Assembly (NCBI GenBank): GCA_050180705.1
Contig: JBFXDX010000005.1
Coordinates: 106,006-130,005 of the forward strand
Direction: 5' to 3'
From: Bacteroidales bacterium
GTDB taxonomy: Bacteria; Bacteroidota; Bacteroidia; Bacteroidales; Tenuifilaceae
DNA length: 24,000 bases
The notes under the pieces: model-generated
What the model saw: only the letters and a program-made list of their open reading frames with translations
Told to the model about the DNA's origin: nothing
Databases searched by the model: none
Shown here: one piece after another, positions 8,474 to 16,187 of the stretch
Layout of the letters: each line of letters begins with the position of its first letter
How positions within the stretch are numbered: the first letter of the stretch is position 1
Position numbers and translations under genes: made by a program

Positions 8474-8759
8474 TTTTTTTATTCTTATATATAAAAAAGC
8501 ATTATTAAAAAAGATGATTTCTGGAGGTGTTGGGAGACGAAGCCATTTTGTATTTGCTTGAATAATAATATTATGTGATTTTTAAATTGAAATAAAATTT
8601 GATATAAAAAGCAAAAGAAGTGCTTTAAATGAAACAAATCATTTCATTATATTTTATTACATGAAATGTTTGGATACTTTAAAATGTTTCTCTAACCTAA
8701 TAGAATACTTTTGGGGTCTCGTTTAGTGAAAAGTTGAAATAGGATTTCTTTGAAAAACT

Positions 8760-9872
8760 TTAATTACCTATCGAATAAATACAGTTTGACTTTTCAAACT
8801 TATTCTTAAATATCAAATACAACGTATCATCCTTCCCTCGAATTTGACCAATAAAATTGACATAACCTCTTAACCGATTTAGGAATGTTACTCTCATCTC
8901 ATCCGTCAGTATATGGCTTTTATAATGTTTTTTTACAGCTTCGTCAAGTCCATTCAAGGAAAGGTCATGTATCATAGCTCTAACCTTTTTAAGCAATATA
9001 CGGTCAACGTTGACTCTGTCATTTACAGTTAAGCCTGTTACTGTTTGCTTACGATTCTTGGACTGTATTCTTAGCTTCTTTTGATTTATAGAAAAGTTGT
9101 TTTTCGTAATAATGTTAATTATATCAAGTAACTCATCATGAGATATCTTTCTACTTGAGGAAAAGGTCAAATCATCTGCATAACGAGTGTATGCAAAGCC
9201 ATGGTCTTTGGAAAATTCAATTAGGTCTTCATCTAGTACTCTACATATGAAATTCGAAATAACTGGAGAGGTTGGTGCTCCTATTGGTAATCTACCATTG
9301 AGTGTCGTTAATAATGTAATAGCATTGGTAATTTGTTCATCGAAATTAAAAATGTCAGATAAAAGCAATTCTTTAACTTGTTTTGCTCTAATGCTCGGAA
9401 AAAAGTCCTTTAAATCTATGTTAAGAACGCTCTCTCTACCAACATGTATTTTGGCATTGGCAGCAATATTACAATGTGTACCCAAATAATGTGGATTAAT
9501 AACAAATCCGTGAACTTCTTTTGGTTTTATGCATAAATAGTAAGCTTGCAAGTAGTAGTTTAACCGCTTCTGGATTCTTTTCAATTCGTTTGACGGAGCA
9601 TAGATTTCTCTATATCCGCCTTTTTTCTTGGGTCGATGAAAATGAATGTAGGCTGGATTATTAATTACATTTTCAACTTCACTAAATGTGGCATCTAGCA
9701 ACTTGCAGAGTTCATAAGGAGTATCAATTCTAAGTAACTTTAAGGCATTGTTTTCATGGTAATAGGGTTTAGAACCATGATTAATTTCCCTTACGAGTTT
9801 CCCATTGAAGCATAGGTTTGCTTTATTAGGACTAACTTTTTTAATGGTAATAATTTCTTGTATAGTTTTCAT
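8760..9872 (-). CDS. Retron-type reverse transcriptase
   Basis: 370-aa ORF with RT motifs in order: KKKGGYREIYAPSNELKRIQKRLNYYL (motifs 1-2), VHGFV...NAKIHVGRESVLNIDLKDFFPSI (motif 3 / A), LPIGAPTSPVISNFICRVLD (B), YTRYADDLTFSS (YADD, motif C), and the retron-typical VTGLTVN after the catalytic core. No endonuclease or maturase extension is present. A structured non-coding region with terminal inverted repeats lies immediately upstream. Confidence 0.9.
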   Translation of the reverse strand: MKTIQEIITIKKVSPNKANLCFNGKLVREINHGSKPYYHENNALKLLRIDTPYELCKLLDATFSEVENVINNPAYIHFHRPKKKGGYREIYAPSNELKRIQKRLNYYLQAYYLCIKPKEVHGFVINPHYLGTHCNIAANAKIHVGRESVLNIDLKDFFPSIRAKQVKELLLSDIFNFDEQITNAITLLTTLNGRLPIGAPTSPVISNFICRVLDEDLIEFSKDHGFAYTRYADDLTFSSSRKISHDELLDIINIITKNNFSINQKKLRIQSKNRKQTVTGLTVNDRVNVDRILLKKVRAMIHDLSLNGLDEAVKKHYKSHILTDEMRVTFLNRLRGYVNFIGQIRGKDDTLYLIFKNKFEKSNCIYSIGN

Positions 9873-9883
9873 TTAAAAAAAGA

Positions 9884-10052
9884 TGAGCCGTTGCCAATTA
9901 TCCAAGAATTCTTAAACGCAATTTGCGAGAAGCGGAGCGTAGTGAGCATCGCAGTGAATTGCGTACTTCGCTATCACCACTCCTTTGTGGGTTGCAGGAA
10001 CACAACCGCATAGCCTTGAAAAATGACTCATAATTAGTTAAGCAACGGCTCA
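9884..10052 (-). ncRNA. Putative retron msr-msd non-coding RNA locus
   Basis: A perfect 11-bp inverted repeat, TGAGCCGTTGC (9884-9894) and GCAACGGCTCA (10042-10052), brackets 169 nt directly upstream of the RT start (9872). This is the geometry of retron a1/a2 repeats. The interior is more G+C-rich than its surroundings. On the minus strand it holds several hairpins: GGTTG-N8-CAACC, GCGAAG...CTTCTCGC enclosing about 35 nt, CGCAAATTGCG, and AAGAATTCTT. The exact msr/msd ends and the branching G cannot be set by eye. Confidence 0.7.
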
Positions 10053-10063
10053 ATATTGTTAAA

Positions 10064-11110
10064 TTATAAAGGACTATTATCTATTTCATCGAGTCTATAA
10101 CTTGATATGGAAAATTCACGCTTCACTAATTCGAAGTCTTTAAACTTTGTAAAGTCTTTATCGACCATAAGCTTAATGTCATCAACTCTTCCATTCCTGT
10201 TCTTTGCAATTAATACCTCTGCAACGCCAGTAATGTTATTTCCCTCTTCATCCTCCTGAAATCCATAGTATTCTGGACGATGAATAAAAATTACTTTATC
10301 TGCATCCTGTTCGATAGCTCCAGATTCACGCAAATCTGATAGCTGAGGTCGTTTATTTCCACCTCTGCTTTCAACAGCACGACTCAATTGACTAGAAGCT
10401 ATTACGCACACATTATTGTCTTTTGCAATATTTTTTAGTTCTCGGCTTATATAGCCTATCTCTAAATCTCTGCTATTACGGTATCTGTTAGAACTCATCA
10501 TCTGCAAAAAATCAACCATGATTATTTTAATACCATCCTCTTGAATATGCTTTAAACATTGTGATTTCAATGCAGAGATTGAACAATTGCTACTATCGTT
10601 AACTAGTATTCGGTGTTTTTCTAGTTCCTTTTCAGCATGTAGTAGTCTAGTTTTATCTAGAGGGTTTAGACTATTCTGGATTATCTTATTTACAGCAACT
10701 CCTGTAAGTGCAGAGATAAATCGATAAGTGAGTAATCTTTGAGATAAATCAAAGGTAAAGTAGAGTATGGGGGCTTCAATAGAAACATTCAAGGCTAAAG
10801 ATACTAGGAACTGCGTTTTACCCATTGAAGGTCGCCCTCCAATAACAACAAATTCACCCAAGGACAATCCCCCTATTGCCAAGTCTAAGTCGGTAAAACC
10901 AGTCTTAATAAGGTCGGGGCTTAAAGTCTCGCTCTGTAATGTTTTCAGATTTTCTTTAGCTAAATCAAAAATAGACTTTGACTCTTTGATGTTTATATCC
11001 TTCATCTCATATTCGTACACCAGTCTCTTTATCTGATGCATGATTTCAGCCTCATCCAATCCTTGATTGTTGATTACTGACATTATGTGTTGTAAGATAT
11101 CCTGTTTCAT
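10064..11110 (-). CDS. DnaB-family (RecA-fold) ATPase lacking the DnaB N-terminal domain
   Basis: 348-aa ORF. IKTGFTDLDLAIGGLSLGEFVVIGGRPSMGKTQFLVSLALN covers the linker and Walker A. IIMVDFLQMM is Walker B. SRELKNIAKDNNVCVIASSQLSRAVESRGGNKRPQLSDLRESGAIEQDADKVIFIHRPEYY is the DnaB C-terminal signature. Only about 65 residues precede the linker, so the primase-binding N-terminal domain is missing. The stop codon lies 11 nt from the retron inverted repeat. Confidence 0.85.
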   Translation of the reverse strand: MKQDILQHIMSVINNQGLDEAEIMHQIKRLVYEYEMKDINIKESKSIFDLAKENLKTLQSETLSPDLIKTGFTDLDLAIGGLSLGEFVVIGGRPSMGKTQFLVSLALNVSIEAPILYFTFDLSQRLLTYRFISALTGVAVNKIIQNSLNPLDKTRLLHAEKELEKHRILVNDSSNCSISALKSQCLKHIQEDGIKIIMVDFLQMMSSNRYRNSRDLEIGYISRELKNIAKDNNVCVIASSQLSRAVESRGGNKRPQLSDLRESGAIEQDADKVIFIHRPEYYGFQEDEEGNNITGVAEVLIAKNRNGRVDDIKLMVDKDFTKFKDFELVKREFSISSYRLDEIDNSPL

Positions 11111-11218
11111 ATGTCTAAATTAAGCATTCTAGTTGAATACTTTTTCACTGTTAATAACTAAATATTGAGTACGGTTTTTATAGGAAGATTAAGTATTCCA
11201 CTTTTATTGCTGCCTAAG

Positions 11219-11226
11219 CAAATTTA
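11219..11226 (-). promoter_or_regulatory. Candidate -7 promoter element (TAAATTTG) upstream of the DnaB-like/retron block
   Basis: The minus strand reads TATAAATTTG, which contains the TAnnTTTG motif, about 110 nt upstream of the DnaB-like ATG at 11110. I found no clean -33 TTTG at the canonical spacing. Confidence 0.25.
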
Positions 11227-11266
11227 TAGATAACAATAATATGATAGGCTTAAAGAAAACAGAATT

Positions 11267-12013
11267 CTAATACTCTATAACATCTTGAACAGTATCAGTT
11301 TTTTCGTATTCCTTGTTGTTGTAGTACATCTTTTCTGGGACGTAAATGTGGCTAATCTTCCATCTTCTATCCACTGCATTTAAACCACCAACAGTCTGAT
11401 AGTCGATAGGTATGTAATTGCCTTTAGGCATATCATTTCTATGGTCTATAATGTAATACATGTAACCAGAGGGAATTGCTCCTTTCCAATATACAAGGCA
11501 AAGAGCGTGTCCAATAACCTTGGTTCGTCCAAATCTTGCAATATAGGGCTCTAAACCCCAAAATCTTAACAAACCAGCAGTCATTAAAGCCCAATCGTCA
11601 CACTTCCCTCCTCCATACTTCATAAATCTGTCAGGCCGAAGAATTGTGTCACATATGAAATACCTGTACTTGGCTACTAACATTTTCTGGAAAGATTCAA
11701 TCTCAGGCCAACTTAGAGAAGCATCCCTGTTTAAATCGGCATTGATATACATTTGCTCTAACTTCTCATCATGCAAATAGGTGGCATTTCTGAAAACAAA
11801 GGTGTTGACCTTAATGTATAGTTCATATCTGGATGTAAGTGTGATATTAGAATCTAGAAGAGTATAGGTCTTTTTGTTATTTTTAGTTTTAATAGTATAT
11901 CTATGGTTACGATATAAAAGAGTGTCTTGGGAGAATGCGCTAAATTTAAATAATATGAAATATATTAAAATTAAAAGTATAATTGTGAATTGATTTTTTT
12001 TTGAATAATACAT
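11267..12013 (-). CDS. Secreted or membrane-anchored transglutaminase-like cysteine peptidase-fold protein with an EF-hand-type loop
   Basis: 248-aa ORF with an N-terminal hydrophobic segment (FTIILLILIYFILFKFSAFSQ). A Cys-His-Asp arrangement typical of the transglutaminase core is present: GGGKCDDWALMTAGLLRFWGLEPYIA, GHALCLVYW, YIPIDY. DLNRDASLSWPE (nt 11702..11737) fits the 12-residue EF-hand Ca-binding loop at positions 1, 3, 5 and 12. Confidence 0.6.
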   Translation of the reverse strand: MYYSKKNQFTIILLILIYFILFKFSAFSQDTLLYRNHRYTIKTKNNKKTYTLLDSNITLTSRYELYIKVNTFVFRNATYLHDEKLEQMYINADLNRDASLSWPEIESFQKMLVAKYRYFICDTILRPDRFMKYGGGKCDDWALMTAGLLRFWGLEPYIARFGRTKVIGHALCLVYWKGAIPSGYMYYIIDHRNDMPKGNYIPIDYQTVGGLNAVDRRWKISHIYVPEKMYYNNKEYEKTDTVQDVIEY

Positions 12014-12139
12014 GCTTGCAATTAAAAATTAAACCTGTCCTTTCACGTCCAATATTGCCTGTAAACTTCAATCAAGCCTTGATTATTTGTAAGGAAAACT
12101 TTATACTGATTGAGAAAAAAATGAGCAAGGCCATTAGAA

Positions 12140-14263
12140 TTAATGACAATATATTCTTTTTAATTCTTTAATCATAATGTCAATCGTGTTGGGAGAAATT
12201 TTACTACTACTAGTCGCATTATTTTTCAAATGGTTAATTAAATCTTCGTTTGAATGTTTGTCTAATTTTACCAAACTACCATCTTTTCTTTTATACCCAT
12301 TTTCTCGATGTACTTTTTGAATCCATTCTATTTCAGTTTTTACTTTTTTTAATTCATTTTTTGGAATGAAAGAAGAAATTTTATCAAAAGCACTATAGTC
12401 ATAAATAAAAAGTTGATTCTCATTATCATCAAATAACATTGATGTTTGTTTTGGAATTGGTTTTTGTGTTATTTCTTCATCGATTGTTCGATTTGATTTA
12501 GTTTTCAAATAAGCAATTACAGCCTTCCATTTCCCAATTGTACCTTTCGGAGGCTCTATACGTTCTAAGGCTTTTATATAGTCATCCGAAATATCACCAC
12601 GGTACAATCTAGTCATCTCTGTCTTATAATACTTCTTGTCCTTTTCCTTTAGAATTGAAAAATCAGATACATTAATTTCAATATCTTGAATTAAAATGGA
12701 AATGACATTGTTTGAAATATCTTCATTCTTTCCATCTTTATTAACTTTTGTTTCAACTAAAATCGATTTTGGTTTTTCTTCTTTTGGCAAAATTCCAATC
12801 AATTCGATATTATGAATTTGTTTGAATAGAGTTTTGTAAATTTTGGACAAATAATCTATATCTGACTCAAAAAGACCTGCAGTAAATACCCTTGATAAAT
12901 TAGCAAACCCACAAATAGAACCATAAAAGCCAAAAGCAAGGCGACCATCCTCAATTTCAGATAAAATTAGAAAATCAGTTAATTTTTCAAAATCATCTCC
13001 TTTTAATAGAAATGAGGCAATAGCAGATATCAAACCAGTATTCCATTGGATGTTAAACGCTTCCTGTCCAGCAATATTTCGTCTTAAACTATTTAGGTAT
13101 TTATTTGCATCGTGAGTTTTCCATTCTTCTTCACCGACATAACTCTTAATTTTTCTAGTTATCTCATCAGCTAGTCTTGACCTTTCAGTACTAAACGAAG
13201 ATTCTGTAATGTCAGAAGAAACAAAAATATCATTAATTAGGTTTTGATACATTTCTCTCGTTTCTAGTTTTGTAATAAACGAGTCTTCGTATTGTGTCAA
13301 TCTATTTCCAACTAAAGCGATGCTATTCCATTCAAATTTGGGTTTACTAATATTACTGTTTTCAATCATTTTATTACTCCAATTTTTCAACTCTTGTAAT
13401 GAAATTTCATATTTTGCTCTATCAGTAAAGGTTTCGAGATAACTTTCGAAGTTGTATCTATTTGGAATTCTCATTCCAAAATTGTTATATATTTCATTCC
13501 AAACATTGTTGTATTGGTCTGGCAGAATCGCCCTTAAATATTCTTTTACATCTTTATATTGATATGAAGTGATTTTTTGTAAAAGATATTTTAGTTCATC
13601 AGTTTGTTGCTGAGTTCCTTTTCCCGAGACACTATTAACAATAGCAGAAGAGAGGTTGATGGTCTTGTTAATAACATTTGCTAATTGAACGCTTTCTTTC
13701 GATTTTGCATTATTTGCAGCAATTAAATAGGCATAAGCAAACCCTTTGATTTTGTTTATTTGATTATCTTTTTCTATTTCTTCATAATTAAGGTTTTGAA
13801 TATCATATATGCCATCTAAATTGTATTCTCTACTCTCTGATTGAAAAACAAAAATACTATTCCAATATAATTTGACTAATTTTGTTTCAGCACTTGATTC
13901 AGAGCGTGAAATAATAGTTCTTTTATTGTCAGGAGTTAAGAAATATATTTTGGAATTAAAAGGATTCAAGTATATGGTTCTGTCGGTCTGCCAAATTTCA
14001 TTTTGTATTCTTTTTAAGCCATCCAACTCAACATCAATGTCAACTTCTATTACCATTGGATAATTGACTAACTCACTGTTAGAAATCTTAAATTCGGGGA
14101 ACGCTTCAAAGAGAAGTAATGAATTATTAAAACTATTCAAATCAACTTTCTCGAAAGTTTTATACCCAAAGTTTCTTTGTAAATAAAACCCATGCGGAGA
14201 TATTGATTCACAAGACATTATATTATTAAAGTTCAGAGAACTGGTTGGAATATATAGTTTCAT
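12140..14263 (-). CDS. Large hypothetical protein (707 aa), last gene of the DUF1848/MTase/helicase operon
   Basis: The ORF is uninterrupted and starts 12 nt after the helicase stop. I recognise no Walker, nuclease or other catalytic motif. The N-terminus is MKLYIPTSSLNFNNIMSCESISPHGFY. No transmembrane segment is obvious. Confidence 0.85.
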   Translation of the reverse strand: MKLYIPTSSLNFNNIMSCESISPHGFYLQRNFGYKTFEKVDLNSFNNSLLLFEAFPEFKISNSELVNYPMVIEVDIDVELDGLKRIQNEIWQTDRTIYLNPFNSKIYFLTPDNKRTIISRSESSAETKLVKLYWNSIFVFQSESREYNLDGIYDIQNLNYEEIEKDNQINKIKGFAYAYLIAANNAKSKESVQLANVINKTINLSSAIVNSVSGKGTQQQTDELKYLLQKITSYQYKDVKEYLRAILPDQYNNVWNEIYNNFGMRIPNRYNFESYLETFTDRAKYEISLQELKNWSNKMIENSNISKPKFEWNSIALVGNRLTQYEDSFITKLETREMYQNLINDIFVSSDITESSFSTERSRLADEITRKIKSYVGEEEWKTHDANKYLNSLRRNIAGQEAFNIQWNTGLISAIASFLLKGDDFEKLTDFLILSEIEDGRLAFGFYGSICGFANLSRVFTAGLFESDIDYLSKIYKTLFKQIHNIELIGILPKEEKPKSILVETKVNKDGKNEDISNNVISILIQDIEINVSDFSILKEKDKKYYKTEMTRLYRGDISDDYIKALERIEPPKGTIGKWKAVIAYLKTKSNRTIDEEITQKPIPKQTSMLFDDNENQLFIYDYSAFDKISSFIPKNELKKVKTEIEWIQKVHRENGYKRKDGSLVKLDKHSNEDLINHLKNNATSSSKISPNTIDIMIKELKRIYCH

Positions 14264-14275
14264 AAATTTAAAATT

Positions 14276-15331
14276 TTAAATGTCTGTAATTTCGTCAAAT
14301 TCAGTTGTTTTATAAAAGTTTTCTGGTACATTACCGTTAATAAATGAAGTTAAATCTCCACTATGCATAATGTATAGATTTTTATACGTTCTTGTCATTG
14401 CAACATATAATGATTTCTGTTTGCTATAACCTTTGTCATCATTTTCAATTGTGCAATCAGGTAAAAATACAGTTTCAAATTGTAATCCTTTAGCTGAATG
14501 ATATGTCATTAATTTGGGATTAGACGTTTCAAAGTCTAACGTATTTCTATCATTTTTCCAATTATTTCTATCTCTAAATTGGACTTCATTATTTATTCCA
14601 TTTTGAGTTAGCACTTTACTCGCTTTTTCAACTTGTTCATTATGTGGAAATAATATTCCAACATCAGTCATATTATTATTTTTAATAATTCTAGCAATTG
14701 CTTCAATTTGCTTATCATAGTTTGGATAAAAAATAATGCGAGGGATAGAATTCTCTTTACTTTTATATGTTCCTTCGTTATATCTAGTTCCCACACCAAT
14801 ATAGTTTTCAGTAATTTTGGCTATCGGTTTTGGCAACCTATAATTAAAATATAAGGGAAATTCTGACAATCCTGATTGATATGCTATATCTCTAACATCT
14901 TGCGTAGACTTTAACCCATCATATATTGACTGTGCAGTGTCTCCAAAAAAGAAAAATTGTTTACGAGTAGCCTTCTTGAAATCGTCAATTTCTTCTTTTG
15001 TGAAATCTTGGATTTCGTCAACAATAACATAGTCTGATTGAGGACACCCTAGTTTATTTTTCCAGTGCCAATGATAGTAAAAATCATTTTTTAGCTCTAA
15101 GGTCTTTCGCCCTGAATTCATATAACTACTTAACGATTTTGTAAAAACAATAATTTGATAATCATTGCCTTTTTCTTTTTGAATCTGTTTTGCTTTATGT
15201 AATGCAATGACTGATTTACCGCTACCAGCGCAACCAGATACAACCATTGATTGGTCTAGAGTTCTGTATAATAAATTTCTTTGATAATCATCTAAATCTG
15301 ATTCTTTAATAAAAAAATCCTTCTTTGCCAT
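14276..15331 (-). CDS. Minimal SF1 (UvrD/PcrA-like) helicase-fold ATPase, 351 aa
   Basis: All core SF1 motifs are present in order: VVSGCAGSGKSVIAL (I / Walker A), YVIVDEIQDF (II), FFFGDTAQSIYD (III), FNYRLP (IV), MTYHSAKGLQFETVFL (V), LYVAMTRTYKNLYI (VI). The protein is too short to carry the 1B/2B accessory domains of UvrD or Rep. Confidence 0.85.
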   Translation of the reverse strand: MAKKDFFIKESDLDDYQRNLLYRTLDQSMVVSGCAGSGKSVIALHKAKQIQKEKGNDYQIIVFTKSLSSYMNSGRKTLELKNDFYYHWHWKNKLGCPQSDYVIVDEIQDFTKEEIDDFKKATRKQFFFFGDTAQSIYDGLKSTQDVRDIAYQSGLSEFPLYFNYRLPKPIAKITENYIGVGTRYNEGTYKSKENSIPRIIFYPNYDKQIEAIARIIKNNNMTDVGILFPHNEQVEKASKVLTQNGINNEVQFRDRNNWKNDRNTLDFETSNPKLMTYHSAKGLQFETVFLPDCTIENDDKGYSKQKSLYVAMTRTYKNLYIMHSGDLTSFINGNVPENFYKTTEFDEITDI

Positions 15332-15341
15332 ATCTTGGTAA

Positions 15342-16187
15342 TTAAATTTTATAATTATCTTTAACTAAATAGCCATTACTTTTCTGACAATATTTTGCGG
15401 AATTATAATCTTTCCCCAAAATGTTTATGTATGAACAATTGTTATCGAAAACATGAATTTTGTTAGCAAAACATGAATTTGTCATAATTCGATATGTTAC
15501 CTTGGTTTTATCATTTTTCTTTATTGAATGAGAAATGCTGAAAGTACGTTGAGTAAAGCAATTCCCTGAACACTCCTTTTCAAATTCACCACATGAAATA
15601 GGTATAAGTGTTTTAAAACCACTTAATTCATTAATTGCCCTATTGGCTTGTAAATTCATTAAAATAGGATTAAAGGTTGTTCCAACTTTTGTAGTCACAT
15701 CTAGTAAAAGGAACAGTCCAACTTGTGATAACCTTGGCAAACTAAAAGTTGTTAAGTCGTAATAAAAATCAGTGTTCCCTTCTGCAATTAGTTCGCAACC
15801 CATTTTAGATGACATTATAAAATCATATTGTGAATCTTTAATCCATTCTAGGTCTTTTGTCGTATGTATGGATTGACACTCCGTTTTTAAGGTTATTGTA
15901 AAAGTTGTTCTTTTGGAAAATTCTTCTACAAAATCGCTTAAAACTATGAGTGCATTAGAGTGACCATCTAAAGCAAGTATATTTACATTTTTAATCGCTA
16001 GGCTGTATTTATTAATAGCAACCAACAAACCCATCAGATTTCCACCTGTGCCACTCCCAATATCAAGAATATTTATTTCTTCCTTTGTAGCTAAACTCGA
16101 ATAACATTCATTCTCAAATATATTGTCGAAAACACAAAAACTTTCTCCATAACTTCTTGGGAAATATGTTCCGAGGTAAACCCTCAA
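15342..16187 (-). CDS. Class I SAM-dependent methyltransferase domain (3' part of a frame-disrupted gene; the ORF-track start is a TTG)
   Basis: The SAM-binding motif I is INILDIGSGTGGNLMGL, followed by an acidic motif II region (NILALDGH). The codon at 16185-16187 is TTG, and the same frame stays open without any ATG, GTG or TTG up to 16559. See the next feature. Confidence 0.75.
   Translation of the reverse strand: MRVYLGTYFPRSYGESFCVFDNIFENECYSSLATKEEINILDIGSGTGGNLMGLLVAINKYSLAIKNVNILALDGHSNALIVLSDFVEEFSKRTTFTITLKTECQSIHTTKDLEWIKDSQYDFIMSSKMGCELIAEGNTDFYYDLTTFSLPRLSQVGLFLLLDVTTKVGTTFNPILMNLQANRAINELSGFKTLIPISCGEFEKECSGNCFTQRTFSISHSIKKNDKTKVTYRIMTNSCFANKIHVFDNNCSYINILGKDYNSAKYCQKSNGYLVKDNYKI

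Noticed and set aside
8640-8668. Hairpin CATTTCAT-N13-ATGAAATG as an intrinsic terminator for the RT gene
   Set aside because: The stem is AT-only (8 bp), the loop is large, and no clear U-run follows on the minus strand. It is mentioned only as context.
9187-9489. 100-aa plus-strand ORF
   Set aside because: It is antisense to the RT gene.
8760-9872. Alternative readings of the RT as a group II intron, DGR or Abi/UG-type reverse transcriptase
   Set aside because: There is no maturase or endonuclease extension and no flanking intron RNA domains. I saw no template/variable repeat pair. The upstream a1/a2-type inverted repeat and the VTG motif favour a retron.
10767-11036. 89-aa plus-strand ORF
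   Set aside because: It is antisense to the DnaB-like gene.
10064-11110. Calling this gene the chromosomal replicative helicase dnaB
   Set aside because: It is about 120 aa shorter than canonical DnaB and lacks the N-terminal domain. It sits inside an integrase-bounded, AT-rich island next to a retron. I therefore call it DnaB-family only, with no gene symbol.
12069-12083. 15-bp palindrome AATCAAGCCTTGATT between the 707-aa gene and the TGase-like gene
   Set aside because: It is short, has a 1-nt centre and no T-run. It is likely to arise by chance and does not convince as a terminator or operator.
13872-14063. 63-aa plus-strand ORF
   Set aside because: It is antisense to the 707-aa ORF.
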